A stretch of DNA of 64,000 nt from an uncultured Solirubrobacterales bacterium. GTDB lineage: Bacteria; Actinomycetota; Thermoleophilia; Solirubrobacterales; Solirubrobacteraceae. The number at the start of each line of letters is the position of its first letter. Positions within the stretch are counted from its first letter, which is position 1. The notes under the pieces are model-generated. The model made no database searches. It was not told the origin of the DNA and worked only from the letters and a program-made list of their open reading frames with translations. Made by a program: the position numbers and the translations under genes. The stretch covers positions 40,374-104,373 of the forward strand of contig CAWBHJ010000014.1 of the NCBI GenBank assembly GCA_963788565.1, written 5' to 3'. Shown piece by piece: positions 63,481 through 64,000 of the stretch.

Positions 63481-64000
63481 GCGACCAGGCCGAGAAGGCC
63501 GCCCGGTTCCTCCAGCTGCACCAACCCGGCCGCCCGCTGCTGATGCCGAACGCCTGGGACGCCGGCTCCGCCAAGGTGCTCGCGCAGCTCGGGTTCGAGG
63601 CGATCGCCACGACCAGCAGCGGCTTCGCGGCGACGCTCGGGCGGCTCGACGGCTCCGTCTCGCGCGAGGAGGCGCTCGCTCACTCGGCGGCGCTCGTCGC
63701 GGCGGTCGATATCCCTGTCTCCGCCGACCTCGAGAACGGGTTCGGCGCGATCCCCGGCGAAGTCGCCGAGACCGCCCGCGGCGCCCGCGAGGCCGGGCTC
63801 GCGGGCTTCTCGATCGAGGACTACAGCGGCAACCCCGATGACCCGATCTACCCGCTTGAGCTCGCCGTCGACCGCGTCGCCGCGGCGGCTCGCGTCGCCC
63901 ACGACGGCGCGGCGCGGCTCGTGCTGACGGCGCGCGCGGAGAACCACCTGCACGGGCACGAGGACATCGACGACACGATCGCCCGGCTGAAGGCATACGA
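63477..64000 (+). CDS. Isocitrate lyase / PEP mutase family protein (3'-truncated by the window edge)
   Basis: My own translation gives MSDQAEKAARFLQLHQPGRPLLMPNAWDAGSAKVLAQLGFEAIATTSSGFAA...SADLENGFG. It is not in the ORF track because no stop codon falls in the window. Confidence 0.8.
   Translation, partial: MSDQAEKAARFLQLHQPGRPLLMPNAWDAGSAKVLAQLGFEAIATTSSGFAATLGRLDGSVSREEALAHSAALVAAVDIPVSADLENGFGAIPGEVAETARGAREAGLAGFSIEDYSGNPDDPIYPLELAVDRVAAAARVAHDGAARLVLTARAENHLHGHEDIDDTIARLKAY

Overview
The window is a very GC-rich chromosomal segment, apparently from an actinobacterium, possibly Thermoleophilia-like; the taxon is an inference from protein signatures and gene order. It is densely coding, and many adjacent genes overlap by 4 nt (ATGA or GTGA), which suggests translational coupling. 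Many long six-frame ORFs are Arg/Pro/Gly-rich antisense shadows and were not called. By eye I found no rRNA, tRNA, CRISPR array, transposase or integrase.

Gene content by region:
- 1-4.5 kb: two tandem paralogs encoding secreted beta-propeller proteins. Each has TolB-like PD40 repeats, seven Cys-pair/Asp-box-like blades, and a conserved tail.
- 4.5-22.6 kb: housekeeping genes. These are prfB (with the classic +1 frameshift site), a PLP decarboxylase, nadC-nadA, dacB, an M16 peptidase, ftsEX, an S41 protease, an RNase R-family gene, smpB, an M50 protease, and tmRNA (ssrA).
- 22.7-40.3 kb, immediately downstream of ssrA: an accessory-looking tract with several decayed genes. They are a truncated oxidoreductase, a frameshifted hydrolase, a frameshifted RHS gene, and a winged-helix gene frameshifted at its 5' end.
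- The most interesting locus lies inside that tract. It is a co-oriented secreted module: a Cys-rich orphan, a PQQ-propeller fusion, and a roughly 1,890-aa RHS/YD polymorphic-toxin-like protein. The RHS protein's roughly 470-aa Gly/Ala-rich hydrophobic C-terminal domain resembles no toxin family I recognise, and no immunity gene follows it.
- 40.3-64 kb: redox enzymes, a basic repeat protein, a YncE-propeller/phosphoesterase fusion, a TetR-adjacent ABC/membrane operon, two MarR units, and a complete form-II-like molybdenum hydroxylase cluster (coxSLM-DE-mocA-coxG).
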